Source: an uncultured Planctomycetales bacterium
Lineage (GTDB): Bacteria; Omnitrophota; Gorgyraeia; Zapsychrales; JANLHA01
DNA length: 64,000 nt
Reading direction: 5' to 3'
NCBI GenBank assembly: GCA_964450385.1
Contig: CAYVEC010000009.1
Span: 391-64,390 of the forward strand
The notes beneath the pieces were generated by a model. That model worked only from the letters and a program-made list of their open reading frames with translations, searched no databases and was not told where the DNA came from. Of this stretch, positions 21,792 through 31,319 are shown piece after piece. Position numbers and translations under genes: made by a program. The stretch's first letter is position 1. Each line of letters opens with the position of its first letter.

Positions 21792-23042
21792 TTATCGAAC
21801 CGCGTCACCGACCTGAATATCGGCAACCTTGCTAATAATATCCGCGGCCGCAATATCCTTACGAATCTGGATGACCTCTAGGCCGGCCACATATTCCGCC
21901 CCGCGATAGACGTTCAGGGTGTCCCCGAGCTTGATCCCCGATCCCTCACCGACATCGATGATCACGAAATTGTTCTGCTGATTCACCGAAAGGACATTCC
22001 CGTCGAGCCCAGGGGCCGCGGATGCGCCGTCCTTGGCAGCCGCGCCTGACGAGACAACGATCGGGGTCAGCTCGACCTTGTTCGCCCTGGCCTCAGGCTT
22101 CATGGCCTCATTGATGCTCTTCTTCAAATCCCAGATCTCATCGATCCGCCCCTGGATCACGTTCTCGGTCTCAAGAAGCCTCTTTTCAATCGACTTCTTC
22201 TCATCCTGGATCCGGACAATGCTCTTTTCAAGGGCGATCTTCGTCGAGGTCAACTGCTTCATCTGCTCGCGCAGGATATCGTTCTCCTCATTGATCTTGA
22301 TCATCCGGTCGTTAAGAAATTTCTTGTCGTTCTGGGCCCGGGCAAGTTCCAGGGACAGGCTGTCCGAAAGGTCCTTGCCGTATTTGATCTGACGCTGAAT
22401 CTCATCCTTCTCATTGGCCAGTTTGCTGATCTCGAGCTGAAGGTCCGAATTTTTCTTCTTAAGTTCCGTGACCGACACCGCCCCGTCGGCAATCTGGGTC
22501 TTAAGCTTCTCGACCTCGAGCTCAAGGGCCGCCTTATCCTTCAGGACCTGGGCCCAAAAGACATCGTCCGAAGCATCCGCCATGCCCGGCGCCTTCTTGG
22601 CCCCCTCGGCAGGCTGATCGGCTGGCACCTCGGGTTCAATATATTTATAGACGATCGTTTCCTTCGGCTGCTCAGCGATCTTGGCCAAGAGTCCCTCACG
22701 CTCCTGCGTTAAATTATTCACCCGCTGCTGCCACTCGTCCCTCTCGCGGGTCAGGGCCTCGACCTGCTTCTTGATCCCCTCTACATCGATCGACTCGAAT
22801 GCCTTCAGGCGCTCCGCAAGCTCATTCTTTGCTGTTTCAACAACGGCGAGCTGTTCCTGGGCCTGTTTCGTGTTCTCGATATACGTTTTTTCGCGTTGAT
22901 AGAACTGATCGATCTGCGACGAGAGGTCAGCAGCCTTTCGGTCCGCCCCCTGTTTCCCCGCGGCCATCACAAAGGCAAAGGCCAGGGACAGCACGATCAT
23001 GCCGACCAAGACGATAATAGTTATTTTCGCGGTTTTGGACAT
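21792..23042 (-). CDS. Membrane-anchored coiled-coil protein with a C-terminal beta-rich domain
   Basis: Start reassigned to MSKTAKITIIVLVG with a GGAGA RBS upstream. It has one N-terminal TM helix, about 300 aa of heptad-rich coiled coil, and a C-terminal small beta domain (FVIIDVGEGSGIKLGDTLNVYRG...IQVGDAVR). Confidence 0.5.
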   Translation of the reverse strand: MSKTAKITIIVLVGMIVLSLAFAFVMAAGKQGADRKAADLSSQIDQFYQREKTYIENTKQAQEQLAVVETAKNELAERLKAFESIDVEGIKKQVEALTRERDEWQQRVNNLTQEREGLLAKIAEQPKETIVYKYIEPEVPADQPAEGAKKAPGMADASDDVFWAQVLKDKAALELEVEKLKTQIADGAVSVTELKKKNSDLQLEISKLANEKDEIQRQIKYGKDLSDSLSLELARAQNDKKFLNDRMIKINEENDILREQMKQLTSTKIALEKSIVRIQDEKKSIEKRLLETENVIQGRIDEIWDLKKSINEAMKPEARANKVELTPIVVSSGAAAKDGASAAPGLDGNVLSVNQQNNFVIIDVGEGSGIKLGDTLNVYRGAEYVAGLEVIQIRKDIAAADIISKVADIQVGDAVR

Positions 23043-23292
23043 GGCCCAATAATCTCCTTTTAATCGAAAGAACCCGTTCCCTGTTCTTTTCGTGATCCTC
23101 GTCGGAAAGCGATCGCGCAAGACGCGCATCTTCATCAACAGAGTAAGCTACTATGACTATAACAAAGTGAGTTTGACAATACAAGAAAAAAAGCAATAAA
23201 TTGATGGGGCAGAAAGTTTTGCGTTCATGCGGAGGGCGGCAATCCGGCCGTGCTTGCTCACAACGACACGGCCGGGAACGCCACCATAGAAA

Positions 23293-23949
23293 TTATTCGT
23301 AGCGAATATCGTCCAGATAAAACGTGCAGCCGCTCGGATTCACCTTAGCGTTGGTGGTCCAGGAGAATCCGCCGCTGATATATGAAAGGTCCTTGCCGCG
23401 AAGGTCGATGGTGTACTCGCGCCACTCCTTAGTGAGGATAACCGGGCCGATCATCGCCGAATCCGTGTCCGGGAAATCACCGCTGACCCCGCCGATCGAG
23501 ATCTCCTCGATCCGCTCGCCGCCCTGTTCCCCCCTGGCCCAGAACGTCAGCTTCTGGGCGCCTGTCAGGTCGAACCCGCCTTTTCGCGAACCCCAATTAT
23601 TCGCCGGATTCAGCCAAAAGATCCCGGCCCACCCCGCGTCATTTTGAGAGCATTCCGTATCATACACAATCTTGATACACGAACTCCCCTCATAACACCC
23701 GGCCTGCCAGACATCCGAGATCGTCAGACAATTCCCGTTCGGCATAAAACCCGATGGGACAAAATGATTTTCCCGCGTTCCCTTGTCCTTGAACACCAAA
23801 AATGGATTAAACGACGACCCCTGGTCCTCGGCCTCAACCGTGGCATTCACCGCCGGAGCTGCCGCCTTCTCTGAACGGCCGCACCCAGCCACCATAATCA
23901 CGCACCACACCATAACAACCCCTAATCGAATCTTCATGCGCTCCCCCAT
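23293..23949 (-). CDS. Secreted lipoprotein with a CBM-like beta-sandwich domain
   Basis: Lipobox (VAGCG). W- and G-rich pattern (WAGIFWLNPANNWG...LTFWARGEQGGE...YTIDLRG...FYLDDIRYE) typical of carbohydrate-binding jelly-roll modules. Confidence 0.45.
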   Translation of the reverse strand: MGERMKIRLGVVMVWCVIMVAGCGRSEKAAAPAVNATVEAEDQGSSFNPFLVFKDKGTRENHFVPSGFMPNGNCLTISDVWQAGCYEGSSCIKIVYDTECSQNDAGWAGIFWLNPANNWGSRKGGFDLTGAQKLTFWARGEQGGERIEEISIGGVSGDFPDTDSAMIGPVILTKEWREYTIDLRGKDLSYISGGFSWTTNAKVNPSGCTFYLDDIRYE

Positions 23950-24067
23950 CCCTTGTTAACCCGGCTAACGTGACACCTTCCCCCCTGCCACGGTTCTCAT
24001 GACAGGGTCCCCAGGCGTTGCCGCCTGAGGACCCGTCCTTGATCTTTTGGCCCGATCACGACCTCAC

Positions 24068-24919
24068 TTACTGGGCCATCTCTGCTAATTTATTTTCCGC
24101 TGCTTCGGAAGGCTTCCAGAACCAACCATTGGTATCCCAACATTGCGCAAAATAAAACTCATCAACAAGCTTCTTGTAGGCGTCCGCGGCCTTGACCGGA
24201 TCACCCGCCTTGCTGTAGGCCTCACCAAGAACGAACAACGAGGTCCCGACATCATTAAGTGCCCAATACGTAAAAATCTTTTCATTGGACTCCCACGGGA
24301 ATTCCGTCAACGAGGCCTGCATCTCTTTGGCCTTTTCTTCATACAGCTCTAAGGCCTTCGCAACATACGCCTTAACCGCTGCGAGATCATCCGCGGCCAA
24401 AGCCTGCCAGGCCTTCGTCACTAACGTCGATGAGCGATAATCGCCGAAATCAATCGTTGAGCCGCCCGCGATCATCTGGACCTTTTCCTTCGCGGCCTCG
24501 GCAGGTTTCCAAAACCAGCCGCCCGCGTCCCAACATTGACCATAGGTGAATTCATTGGTCACCTTTTGGTACGCGACCTTGGCCTGCTCCATCATGCCCG
24601 CGGCACGATAGGCCTCACCCTGAATGTAATATGCGGTCGCCACATCATTGAGCGCCCAATAGGCAAAGACCTCATCATTGGTGCCGGTAGCATACCCCTG
24701 AAGCCCCTCCTGCATCTTTTTGGCCTGCGCCTCGTAGAGCTCAAAACACTTATTGGTATACGCCAAGACTCCGTCCATATCGTTAGCGGCCAAGGCCTGC
24801 CAGGCTTTGCTCACCAAGGTGGCTGAACGATAATCGCCAAAATTATAGGCATGGACTGTTGAACACGCCATGAACAACCCTGCGGCTGCGATCATGGTCC
24901 CCACTACGAACTTCTTCAT
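24068..24919 (-). CDS. Lipoprotein made of two tandem ~130-aa alpha-helical repeats
   Basis: Start MKKFVVGTMIAAAGLFMACS with a strong GGGAGG RBS. The two halves are clearly homologous (FGDYRS.TLV.KAWQALAA...YWALNDV.T...QGEAY..AG....A..AY.K...EF....CWD..GWFWKP.EAA). Confidence 0.55.
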   Translation of the reverse strand: MKKFVVGTMIAAAGLFMACSTVHAYNFGDYRSATLVSKAWQALAANDMDGVLAYTNKCFELYEAQAKKMQEGLQGYATGTNDEVFAYWALNDVATAYYIQGEAYRAAGMMEQAKVAYQKVTNEFTYGQCWDAGGWFWKPAEAAKEKVQMIAGGSTIDFGDYRSSTLVTKAWQALAADDLAAVKAYVAKALELYEEKAKEMQASLTEFPWESNEKIFTYWALNDVGTSLFVLGEAYSKAGDPVKAADAYKKLVDEFYFAQCWDTNGWFWKPSEAAENKLAEMAQ

Positions 24920-25021
24920 ACGACTTCCTCCCTTCATGGATTGCAAATGATTGCCCTTAGAAAGACTGATACGACTGTTGAGATAGTATAACATTTATAT
25001 AGCCCTTTTGACAAGGTGGCG

Positions 25022-27553
25022 CTATTTTGATCCCCGTTCCTTGATCATTTTAAGGCTCCCCGCCATGAGCGCCCCAACGACAAGAATCCCAAGCCCCAGG
25101 GCAAGGGGTTTGCCCTGGCCATTGCGCCTCTCCCCCCGCCACATCTCCTCATAGGCAAAATACGACTCCCGCAACTGCCGCAGAAACGGGCTCTTCTTGC
25201 CATTGCCCTGGCCGATGAGGCCGAACCATTCCTCATAATAAAACCCACCGGGAAAGGGCCCGATCGCATCCGACTTCCGGTCATGATAAAACGGTTCGTA
25301 ATTTTTCCACCACTCATCCATCCATTCAAAAACCACACCCCCCAGGGCGTTCCCCACCCCATCGGACGTGCCGGCAAGGTTCGACTGAATATCAAGCCAA
25401 TTGCCCCGATGATACAAGGCCTGGGCATGCTCGCCTTCACTCAGGGTCATGTGACGGGCGTAGGCCGGAGCGCCGAATTCCGTAATGAACGCCGGTTTCC
25501 CCGTCGCGTCCTGAACCTGCTCCCAAAACGCGCCGAACCCATAATCCCCGCGATACACATTCGCGGCAAAGATATCGATATCCGGGGTGTGCCGGGCAAA
25601 GACATCGAGATACAGGGTGTCCCCATTACAGAGGGCCACGGGATGGTTCGGATCGATCTCCTTGATCATCCGCGCCACGTCATTCGCGAATTTAAAATAG
25701 GCCTCCGGCTTCTTATCGGCATTCGAGGCCACCCCATAATTGTTCTCGTTGCCCAAGAGCCACAAAAGAATGTAGGGCTCATCTTTGAATTCATTCACCA
25801 TCCTCCGGACCGAGGCCTTCATATTTTCCTGGTGTTCGGGATTCTCATAGTCGGTCCCCTCAAACCAAGACGCCCCGGACCCCAAGGTATATTTCCCCAG
25901 AAAATCCCCGAGAATGACCATCGTCCCATGCTCCTCATACATCTTCCGGAGGATCGCCTTGTCCGGGAACATCGGCTGATGATATTCACGGATCGTATTG
26001 ACCCCCAGGTCCTTCATTAATCGGAAATCCCCGACGGCAGGCTCATCCGGATCCTGCTCATTGTTCCGGTTCTTGTCCACCCAGGCGTCATACGGGCCAT
26101 CGGCAAGCCCATTATTATTCGTGTCCTCGCGCATCCACGATACAAGCGTCCCCTTGTCCGGACTCTGGCCGACCTTGGTCGGAGCGTACGTCATGCCGCG
26201 GATGACAAAAGGCTCGTCATTCACGAGGAGCTGCCAATGACCATTCTGATACTGAACGAGCCGCACGCGCCCCTTGCCTAACGCCCGCTTCACCCGGCCG
26301 AAACGGACCTTTTTCTTAAAGGCGGCACCGATCTGCGCCCGCCAAACATCCCATCCGGTTTTTTTATAGATGACCCCAGGATAGGTGCTGATCTCATCAT
26401 TGCTGATGTCATTGTCAAACCCGTTCTTCACCTGACACCGCATCCACTTCACCCCGAGCCCGAGTTCAGGATAAAAACGGACAATGTGTTTAATCTTGCC
26501 GATCGCCGCTTGGGCCGGATACCAGGGCGTATGCCAATTGGTCCAGGCGACCGTTTTGGGGAAATGGATCACGATCGCATGATAGGCCTTAAGGGCCTCA
26601 TGAATCATCCCGGCCTTTTCAAAGGTCATCCCGATATAAAAAAGACGCACCCCCCAGGGCTCCTTGGCGACAGCCCACTTAAAAAAGGCCGCCTCAAGGT
26701 CATCGGTAAAAATAAAATCCCAGTGCGACCCTTCGAGCCGCCCCTCGTCAAGGGCCTTTTTATACGCCGGATTCTTCAGGACCGATGAGGTGTCAGGATA
26801 GATCCCTTCGCCAACGGCATTTTTCAACCCAACCGGATCCGTAATGTGATAGACATATTGGTCCGTCCCCACGTTCTCGAAGGTCCCATACCGTCGATAA
26901 TCAATCACCTGCTCTGTCCCGGGATGCTCACGATTCGGGAGCAGACGGATCCGCGTCGGGCTCACATCCTCGACATGCTCCGTCACCTCGCCGAGGATCA
27001 CATTAATGCTGTCCTGGCTCTTCTCAGCGATCGACCAAAACCACCCCCGAGGGTCCCAGGCCCGCGCGTACGGGTACTCAGCGATCAGTTTGCGAAAGGC
27101 ATCGACGGCCTCTTCGGTCCGGCCATAATTCATCAGGGCCTCGGCCTGAACGAAAAAGATCGTCGCGAGGTCATTGAGGATCTGGTATTCCGCGTGCTGT
27201 GCCGTCGGAGGGAAATCCGTGAGCCCGGCCTGAAGCTCCTGCGCCTTGCTGCCGTAGAGCATCCGAGCCTCCTCGACCAATTGTTTAAGTTCGTCGAGTT
27301 TTCCCTGAGCCGATAACGCCCAGGCCTGGCGGACCAGTTCCGACGTCTCTTTGCCCGCGACCTGACCGCGCCCCTGCGTGACCACGACCGGAGCCGCATC
27401 GCCCCTCACCGTCTGAGACACCGTCTCCTCCGCCGAGCCCGACACGGGGCCAAGCGCCGCTCCGCCAAAAAGCAGAATCACTGCCGATAAAAAAATCGTA
27501 ACTCCCCTCACGCCGCCCCCCTTTTCATTATCCTTTAACAGCTCCGGCCGCAA
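25022..27553 (-). CDS. GH2-like (clan GH-A) glycoside hydrolase with an N-terminal helical-repeat region and a C-terminal TM anchor
   Basis: Acid/base motif LWLLGNENNYG (compare WSLGNES in GH2) and nucleophile motif AFITEFGAP (compare ITEYG). N-terminal signal peptide and two copies of the helical module found in the neighbouring lipoprotein. C-terminal hydrophobic segment LALGLGILVVGALMAGSL followed by a K/R-rich tail. Confidence 0.6.
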   Translation of the reverse strand: MRPELLKDNEKGGGVRGVTIFLSAVILLFGGAALGPVSGSAEETVSQTVRGDAAPVVVTQGRGQVAGKETSELVRQAWALSAQGKLDELKQLVEEARMLYGSKAQELQAGLTDFPPTAQHAEYQILNDLATIFFVQAEALMNYGRTEEAVDAFRKLIAEYPYARAWDPRGWFWSIAEKSQDSINVILGEVTEHVEDVSPTRIRLLPNREHPGTEQVIDYRRYGTFENVGTDQYVYHITDPVGLKNAVGEGIYPDTSSVLKNPAYKKALDEGRLEGSHWDFIFTDDLEAAFFKWAVAKEPWGVRLFYIGMTFEKAGMIHEALKAYHAIVIHFPKTVAWTNWHTPWYPAQAAIGKIKHIVRFYPELGLGVKWMRCQVKNGFDNDISNDEISTYPGVIYKKTGWDVWRAQIGAAFKKKVRFGRVKRALGKGRVRLVQYQNGHWQLLVNDEPFVIRGMTYAPTKVGQSPDKGTLVSWMREDTNNNGLADGPYDAWVDKNRNNEQDPDEPAVGDFRLMKDLGVNTIREYHQPMFPDKAILRKMYEEHGTMVILGDFLGKYTLGSGASWFEGTDYENPEHQENMKASVRRMVNEFKDEPYILLWLLGNENNYGVASNADKKPEAYFKFANDVARMIKEIDPNHPVALCNGDTLYLDVFARHTPDIDIFAANVYRGDYGFGAFWEQVQDATGKPAFITEFGAPAYARHMTLSEGEHAQALYHRGNWLDIQSNLAGTSDGVGNALGGVVFEWMDEWWKNYEPFYHDRKSDAIGPFPGGFYYEEWFGLIGQGNGKKSPFLRQLRESYFAYEEMWRGERRNGQGKPLALGLGILVVGALMAGSLKMIKERGSK

Positions 27554-28421
27554 GACCCCTAATGATATGTTTCTGAATGAACAGATAGATCAGAATGATC
27601 GGCACCGCCGCCATCGTGAGCCCCGCCATCAGAATCGGATATTCCACATTGTGCACGTCCGCAAACACCATGACCCCCCGCTGGAGGGGCATGATCGTCG
27701 GTTTGCCGGGAATATCATTCAACAACAGCATCGCCAAAACGTACTCATTCCATACATTAAGCGCGTTATAAATAATGACGACCGCGATCGCAGGCCGGGC
27801 CAGCGGCAGCGCCACATGCCGCCAGATCCCCATCTTGTTACATCCATCGATCCGCGCCGCGTCCTCGAGGTCCTGCGGCATCTGATCAAAGAACGTCTTC
27901 AACAAAATAATGCTCAACGAGAGCCCGACATTGATCATGCACAGGACATACCCGGTCTGCCGGACCCAGGGATGATGCGAATTAATAAACCCCATCTTCG
28001 TCATCAACACCGTTAGGGGGACGAAGCTCCCCGGCAGCGGGATCATCATCGCCAGAACAAAAAGAATGAAAAAAACATTCTTCCCCGGAAAGTCAAGCCG
28101 CGAGAACGCATACGCCGCCCACGAGGCGATGATCACGATCCCAATGACGACAGTCGTCGTATAAATCACACTGTTCCATAAATACTGTCCAAACTGCCCC
28201 TGAGTCCAGGCCCGAACATAATTCTCCGCGTGGATAGTCCGGGGAATCAGAGACTGGTCTGTAAAGATCCTCTCCTGGGTCATCAACGATGACCGCACCA
28301 TCCAGAAGAGCGGGAACAGGCACGTCAGGGTCACGGCGATCAAGACAGCCTGAACCAGCGCCGAGCTCACCATTCTCTGTGTTCGATATCGATTCAATCC
28401 CGCCTCCCCGCTCCGGCGCAA
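27528..28421 (-). CDS. Carbohydrate ABC transporter permease (MalG-like)
   Basis: Six TM helices and the EAA loop motif (DAARIDGCNKMGIWRHVALPLARPAI). Confidence 0.8.
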   Translation of the reverse strand: MRRSGEAGLNRYRTQRMVSSALVQAVLIAVTLTCLFPLFWMVRSSLMTQERIFTDQSLIPRTIHAENYVRAWTQGQFGQYLWNSVIYTTTVVIGIVIIASWAAYAFSRLDFPGKNVFFILFVLAMMIPLPGSFVPLTVLMTKMGFINSHHPWVRQTGYVLCMINVGLSLSIILLKTFFDQMPQDLEDAARIDGCNKMGIWRHVALPLARPAIAVVIIYNALNVWNEYVLAMLLLNDIPGKPTIMPLQRGVMVFADVHNVEYPILMAGLTMAAVPIILIYLFIQKHIIRGLAAGAVKG

Positions 28422-28440
28422 AAACGCAAGCCCCCAGCGG

Positions 28441-29463
28441 TCACGCCTTCCTCATGCGGCGCTCAACGCGTTTTAAGACCCCTGACATCGCGATCAGGAT
28501 CGCACCAAAAACAATCCCCATGGCGCAGGCATATCCATATTCCCGTGTTCCGGTCATCGCCGCCAGGATCCGCGTCCCTGGAACCTCCGTGTGATATCCT
28601 GGCCCGCCGTTGGTCATCGATAGAATCAGGACAAAGGCCTGCATCGATCCGAGGATCGTCAGGATCACCACGACCACGATAACCGGCATCATGATCGGAA
28701 CCGTCACGTGGACGAACGTTCGCCACCAATCCGCCCCGTCGACCTCAGCCGCCTCATAGAGCTGGCGGTCGATCGTCTGAAGCCCGGCCAGGAACATGAT
28801 GAACCCCCACCCGAATCCTTTCCAACTGTGCACGATCGCGATACAGGCCAAGGCCGTCCTCGGATTCGACAGCCAATTCGTGATCAAATGATCCCAGCCG
28901 ACCGCGTGGAGCCAATGATTCAGCAGACCGTAATATTCCCCATTCTGCATGCCGCCCTCAAGGATCCATTTCCAAATGAACCCGACCACGACCTCTGAGA
29001 GCACGGGTGGAATAAAAAAAATCACGCGATAAAAATTCTTCCCCCGGATCTCGCGGTCACAGGCCAGGGCGAGCATAAAGGCCAAGGCGTTCTGGAACGT
29101 CAGCGCGACGAGGGTAATAAAAACAGCGTGCCCGACCGACTGCCACCAGATCAGGTCCGCGCTCAGGCGAAGTCGCCCTGACCATAGGGCCGTCCACCAC
29201 TGGCCGGCCGACTGCCACCACGACCCGGCCCCCCAACCCTCCGCGGGGATAACGCTCAGGAGGTCCGAAAAATTCCTGAGGCCCACAAACGGCCGCAGAC
29301 CGCTGATCCCATTCCACTCGCGGAGCGACAGATTAAACGTCTCATAAAAGGGGTAAATGTAAAAGATCGTAAAGATCACAACCGCCGGGACGATAAAAAG
29401 AAAACTCGTGAACCGCCCCCAGCGGTGACTCACCACGTCTCGTTCAATCTCACGTTCTCTCAT
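28441..29463 (-). CDS. Carbohydrate ABC transporter permease (MalF-like)
   Basis: EAA motif (EAAEVDGADWWRTFVHVTVPIMMP) in a polytopic protein. Confidence 0.8.
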   Translation of the reverse strand: MREREIERDVVSHRWGRFTSFLFIVPAVVIFTIFYIYPFYETFNLSLREWNGISGLRPFVGLRNFSDLLSVIPAEGWGAGSWWQSAGQWWTALWSGRLRLSADLIWWQSVGHAVFITLVALTFQNALAFMLALACDREIRGKNFYRVIFFIPPVLSEVVVGFIWKWILEGGMQNGEYYGLLNHWLHAVGWDHLITNWLSNPRTALACIAIVHSWKGFGWGFIMFLAGLQTIDRQLYEAAEVDGADWWRTFVHVTVPIMMPVIVVVVILTILGSMQAFVLILSMTNGGPGYHTEVPGTRILAAMTGTREYGYACAMGIVFGAILIAMSGVLKRVERRMRKA

Positions 29464-29491
29464 CAGGCGTCCCTTCCCTGTTCCGTCCCCC

Positions 29492-30784
29492 TTAAGGGAC
29501 CCGTCTCCGGGCGCGCTCCATCTGCCGGGCCTTGACCTGCTGAACCTCCGCAGCCACCGCCTCGGGCGTCTTCTCCCCGATAATGATCGACTGGATGCCC
29601 TTTAAGAATTTTTCGCTCACCACGGCGTCCTCATCCAGCTCCCAGATCGATGGGTGCGTGGTCCATGCGAGTCCCCGGCCGAATTCCATGAGCTCAGCCG
29701 GCAGCGAGGCGACCGCGTTCTTATTCGCCGGGAGATTTTTCGTCGTCTCCGCCAAAAATGCCTGCTGTTCCGTTGCGGTCAACCATTTCAAAAAATCGAT
29801 CGCCTTCTCTCGTCGGAATGATGCGGCATTCACGCGGAAGGCTCCACCCTCTGCCCCCCAGATCAAGAGCCGATGCCGAAGCGTGATCGGCGGAGGGATC
29901 ATGACCCCATATGACAGATTCGGATTCATTCCATGATACACATTAATGCACCACGACCCATTAAAGGCAAAAGCCGCCCGCTCAAGGGCAAAATCCTGCT
30001 CGGCAAGCTTATTTGACTTCGTGACAATCCCCTCGGCAAGGACCCCTCGTCGAGAAAGAGTATCAAAGATCCCGAGGACCTGCACCCAGTCCGGATCGGT
30101 ATACGGCACCTCGCCGCGAAAGGTCGCCATGATCTTTTCCTCACCCATGATATTGAAGGCGTAATTCGAGGCGAAACACCCGGCGAGCCAGAGTTCGGCC
30201 CACCCCGAGACAAACGGCGTGATCCCACGGGCCTTGAGAAGATCGGCCGCGGCCAAGAACTCATTAAAGGTCTCGGGAACCTTCTTGACCCCTGCCTCAG
30301 CCAAAAGACGCTTGTTATAAACGAGCTGAATATTCATCATGTCGACGGGGACACCGTATATCCCCTCGTCGACACCGTAGGAATTGCCCCGGCCGAAACG
30401 ATTCCCTTCGAGCGCCTTCGTAAAAAAGACCCCTTCCCACGCCTTATCATCGGCCTCAAAATCAGACCGAAGATTCGCCACAAACCCGGCCTTGATGAAG
30501 TCGGCCACAACCTTTTTATTATCTAAAATACCGTAAATATCTGGGAGGATCCGGGCCTGAGCAGCTGCGACGATCTTTTGCGAATAGACGGAAGGAGAAA
30601 AGAACTGAAAATCGATCCAGATCCCGGTTTCGTCGTAATATCGTTCCGCGAGCTCCAAAAAGGCATTGTGGCGATCGGTCATCCAATGCCACACCGTCAC
30701 CGCGTTGATGTCACCCTGCCCCTTACCGCATCCGGTCAGGGCAAGACACATCACCACGATCACGAGACACACTTTCTTGAGCAC
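29492..30784 (-). CDS. Extracellular solute-binding lipoprotein of a sugar ABC transporter
   Basis: Lipobox (LALTGCGK) and family-1 solute-binding-protein fold features. First gene of the transporter operon. Confidence 0.8.
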   Translation of the reverse strand: MLKKVCLVIVVMCLALTGCGKGQGDINAVTVWHWMTDRHNAFLELAERYYDETGIWIDFQFFSPSVYSQKIVAAAQARILPDIYGILDNKKVVADFIKAGFVANLRSDFEADDKAWEGVFFTKALEGNRFGRGNSYGVDEGIYGVPVDMMNIQLVYNKRLLAEAGVKKVPETFNEFLAAADLLKARGITPFVSGWAELWLAGCFASNYAFNIMGEEKIMATFRGEVPYTDPDWVQVLGIFDTLSRRGVLAEGIVTKSNKLAEQDFALERAAFAFNGSWCINVYHGMNPNLSYGVMIPPPITLRHRLLIWGAEGGAFRVNAASFRREKAIDFLKWLTATEQQAFLAETTKNLPANKNAVASLPAELMEFGRGLAWTTHPSIWELDEDAVVSEKFLKGIQSIIIGEKTPEAVAAEVQQVKARQMERARRRVP

Positions 30785-30968
30785 ACAATCTCCTGGGGTT
30801 GAGAACCAGAACAGCCGCTTCTCTAAAGAATAATAAGAGGTCGTATTTTAACATGGGCCCGAGGGGTTGTAAATATCTTATTCGAGGAAAAAAGGGATGC
30901 CGAGAGATCTGGTAGACATGTAACTATTTGAAATAAATGGAGTTGCAGAAAGACGCGAGAAGAAAATG

Positions 30969-31319
30969 TTAGACATCGTCACCGGCAACCAATTTAAAAA
31001 TCCGCTGGGTCTGCATAAAATTGACACGGTGAAATTCCATTCCCACATCCCACAAATCCGCCGACTTGGATTTCATCCAGACCACCCGCCCATTCAAGTT
31101 AAGGGGACTCAGACCGTCAGGAAGATCAACCTGAAGGGAGACGCTGTCATGAAGGAACATCCGCTGATGCGTGGTGAATCGCACCCCCTGGGCCGAGGCG
31201 TCGCGGAGAAAAACATCTTTCCCATACTCTTCCCTAGAATGCTTAAACTTGACAGGGAACCGGGCAGGGAACCGTTCAAACAGCCGCTTGTCTTTAACGT
31301 TCGCTTCTCGTTGCATCAT
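30969..31319 (-). CDS. Stand-alone PilZ-domain protein (c-di-GMP receptor candidate)
   Basis: RxxxR motif (KRLFERFPARFPV) and DxSxxG motif (RDASAQGVRF). Confidence 0.6.
   Translation of the reverse strand: MMQREANVKDKRLFERFPARFPVKFKHSREEYGKDVFLRDASAQGVRFTTHQRMFLHDSVSLQVDLPDGLSPLNLNGRVVWMKSKSADLWDVGMEFHRVNFMQTQRIFKLVAGDDV

Noticed and set aside
25283-26020. 245-aa plus-strand ORF antisense to the GH2-like gene
   Set aside because: No recognisable motifs and a P/R/G-rich composition. The opposite strand has clear catalytic motifs.
30785-30968. LacI-type operator (TGnnAnCGnTnnCA) upstream of the sugar ABC operon
   Set aside because: Only a 6-bp ACATGT palindrome and no convincing 14-20-bp dyad were found. 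The best palindrome in the area is instead at 20718..20738.
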